A DNA stretch of 39,245 bases. Source: Rhodospirillales bacterium Alpha_05. Its GTDB lineage: Bacteria > Pseudomonadota > Alphaproteobacteria > Rhodospirillales > Rhodospirillaceae. Positions 39,183 to 39,245 of the stretch are shown here, piece by piece (positions within the stretch are counted from its first letter, which is position 1; each line of letters opens with the position of its first letter). The translations under genes and the position numbers were made by a program. The notes beneath the pieces were generated by a model that saw nothing but the letters and a program-made list of their open reading frames with translations, did not search any database and was not told where the DNA came from. The DNA lies in assembly GCA_001603335.1 (NCBI GenBank), contig LUYR01000627.1, positions 1 through 39,245 on the forward strand, in the 5' to 3' direction.

Positions 39183-39245
39183 TTATTCGACGATCGACGC
39201 AACCACGCCGGCGCCGACGGTACGGCCGCCTTCGCGGATCGCGAA
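39183..39245 (-). CDS. tuf: Second elongation factor Tu gene, 3' end only
   Basis: Encodes [20 protein letters not shown]-stop, identical in protein to the end of tuf at 22457. Confidence 0.93.
   Translation of the reverse strand, partial: FAIREGGRTVGAGVVASIVE
39187..39245. repeat. 59-nt exact direct repeat of 22461-22519 (tuf duplicate)
   Basis: Base-by-base comparison. The copies differ only in the last Glu codon (GAA vs GAG) and diverge after the TAA. Confidence 0.95.

Overview
High-GC alphaproteobacterial core-genome window; gene order and protein style suggest Rhodospirillales, which is an inference. About 31 kb on the minus strand is an unbroken transcription/translation supercluster: 3' end of a second tuf, tRNA-Trp, secE-nusG-rplKAJL-rpoBC, rpsLG-fusA-tuf, the S10 and spc operons, and secY-adk-rpsMK-rpoA-rplQ. 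It is followed by degQ/htrA-rarA-crcB(fluC)-rluC-like, a plus-strand Na+-coupled DASS/SLC13 transporter, and a minus-strand AsmA-family gene that runs off the left edge. I see no mobile element, CRISPR array, defence system or novel multi-gene system. The points worth a second look are small-scale: a terminator built over the crcB stop codon just upstream of rluC, an altered conserved loop in uL2, several structured leaders and spacers, a 4-Cys adenylate kinase, and signs that both window ends are assembly boundaries (adapter-like 8-mer on the left, tuf repeat on the right). All structures and promoters were read by eye; no folding or database search was run.
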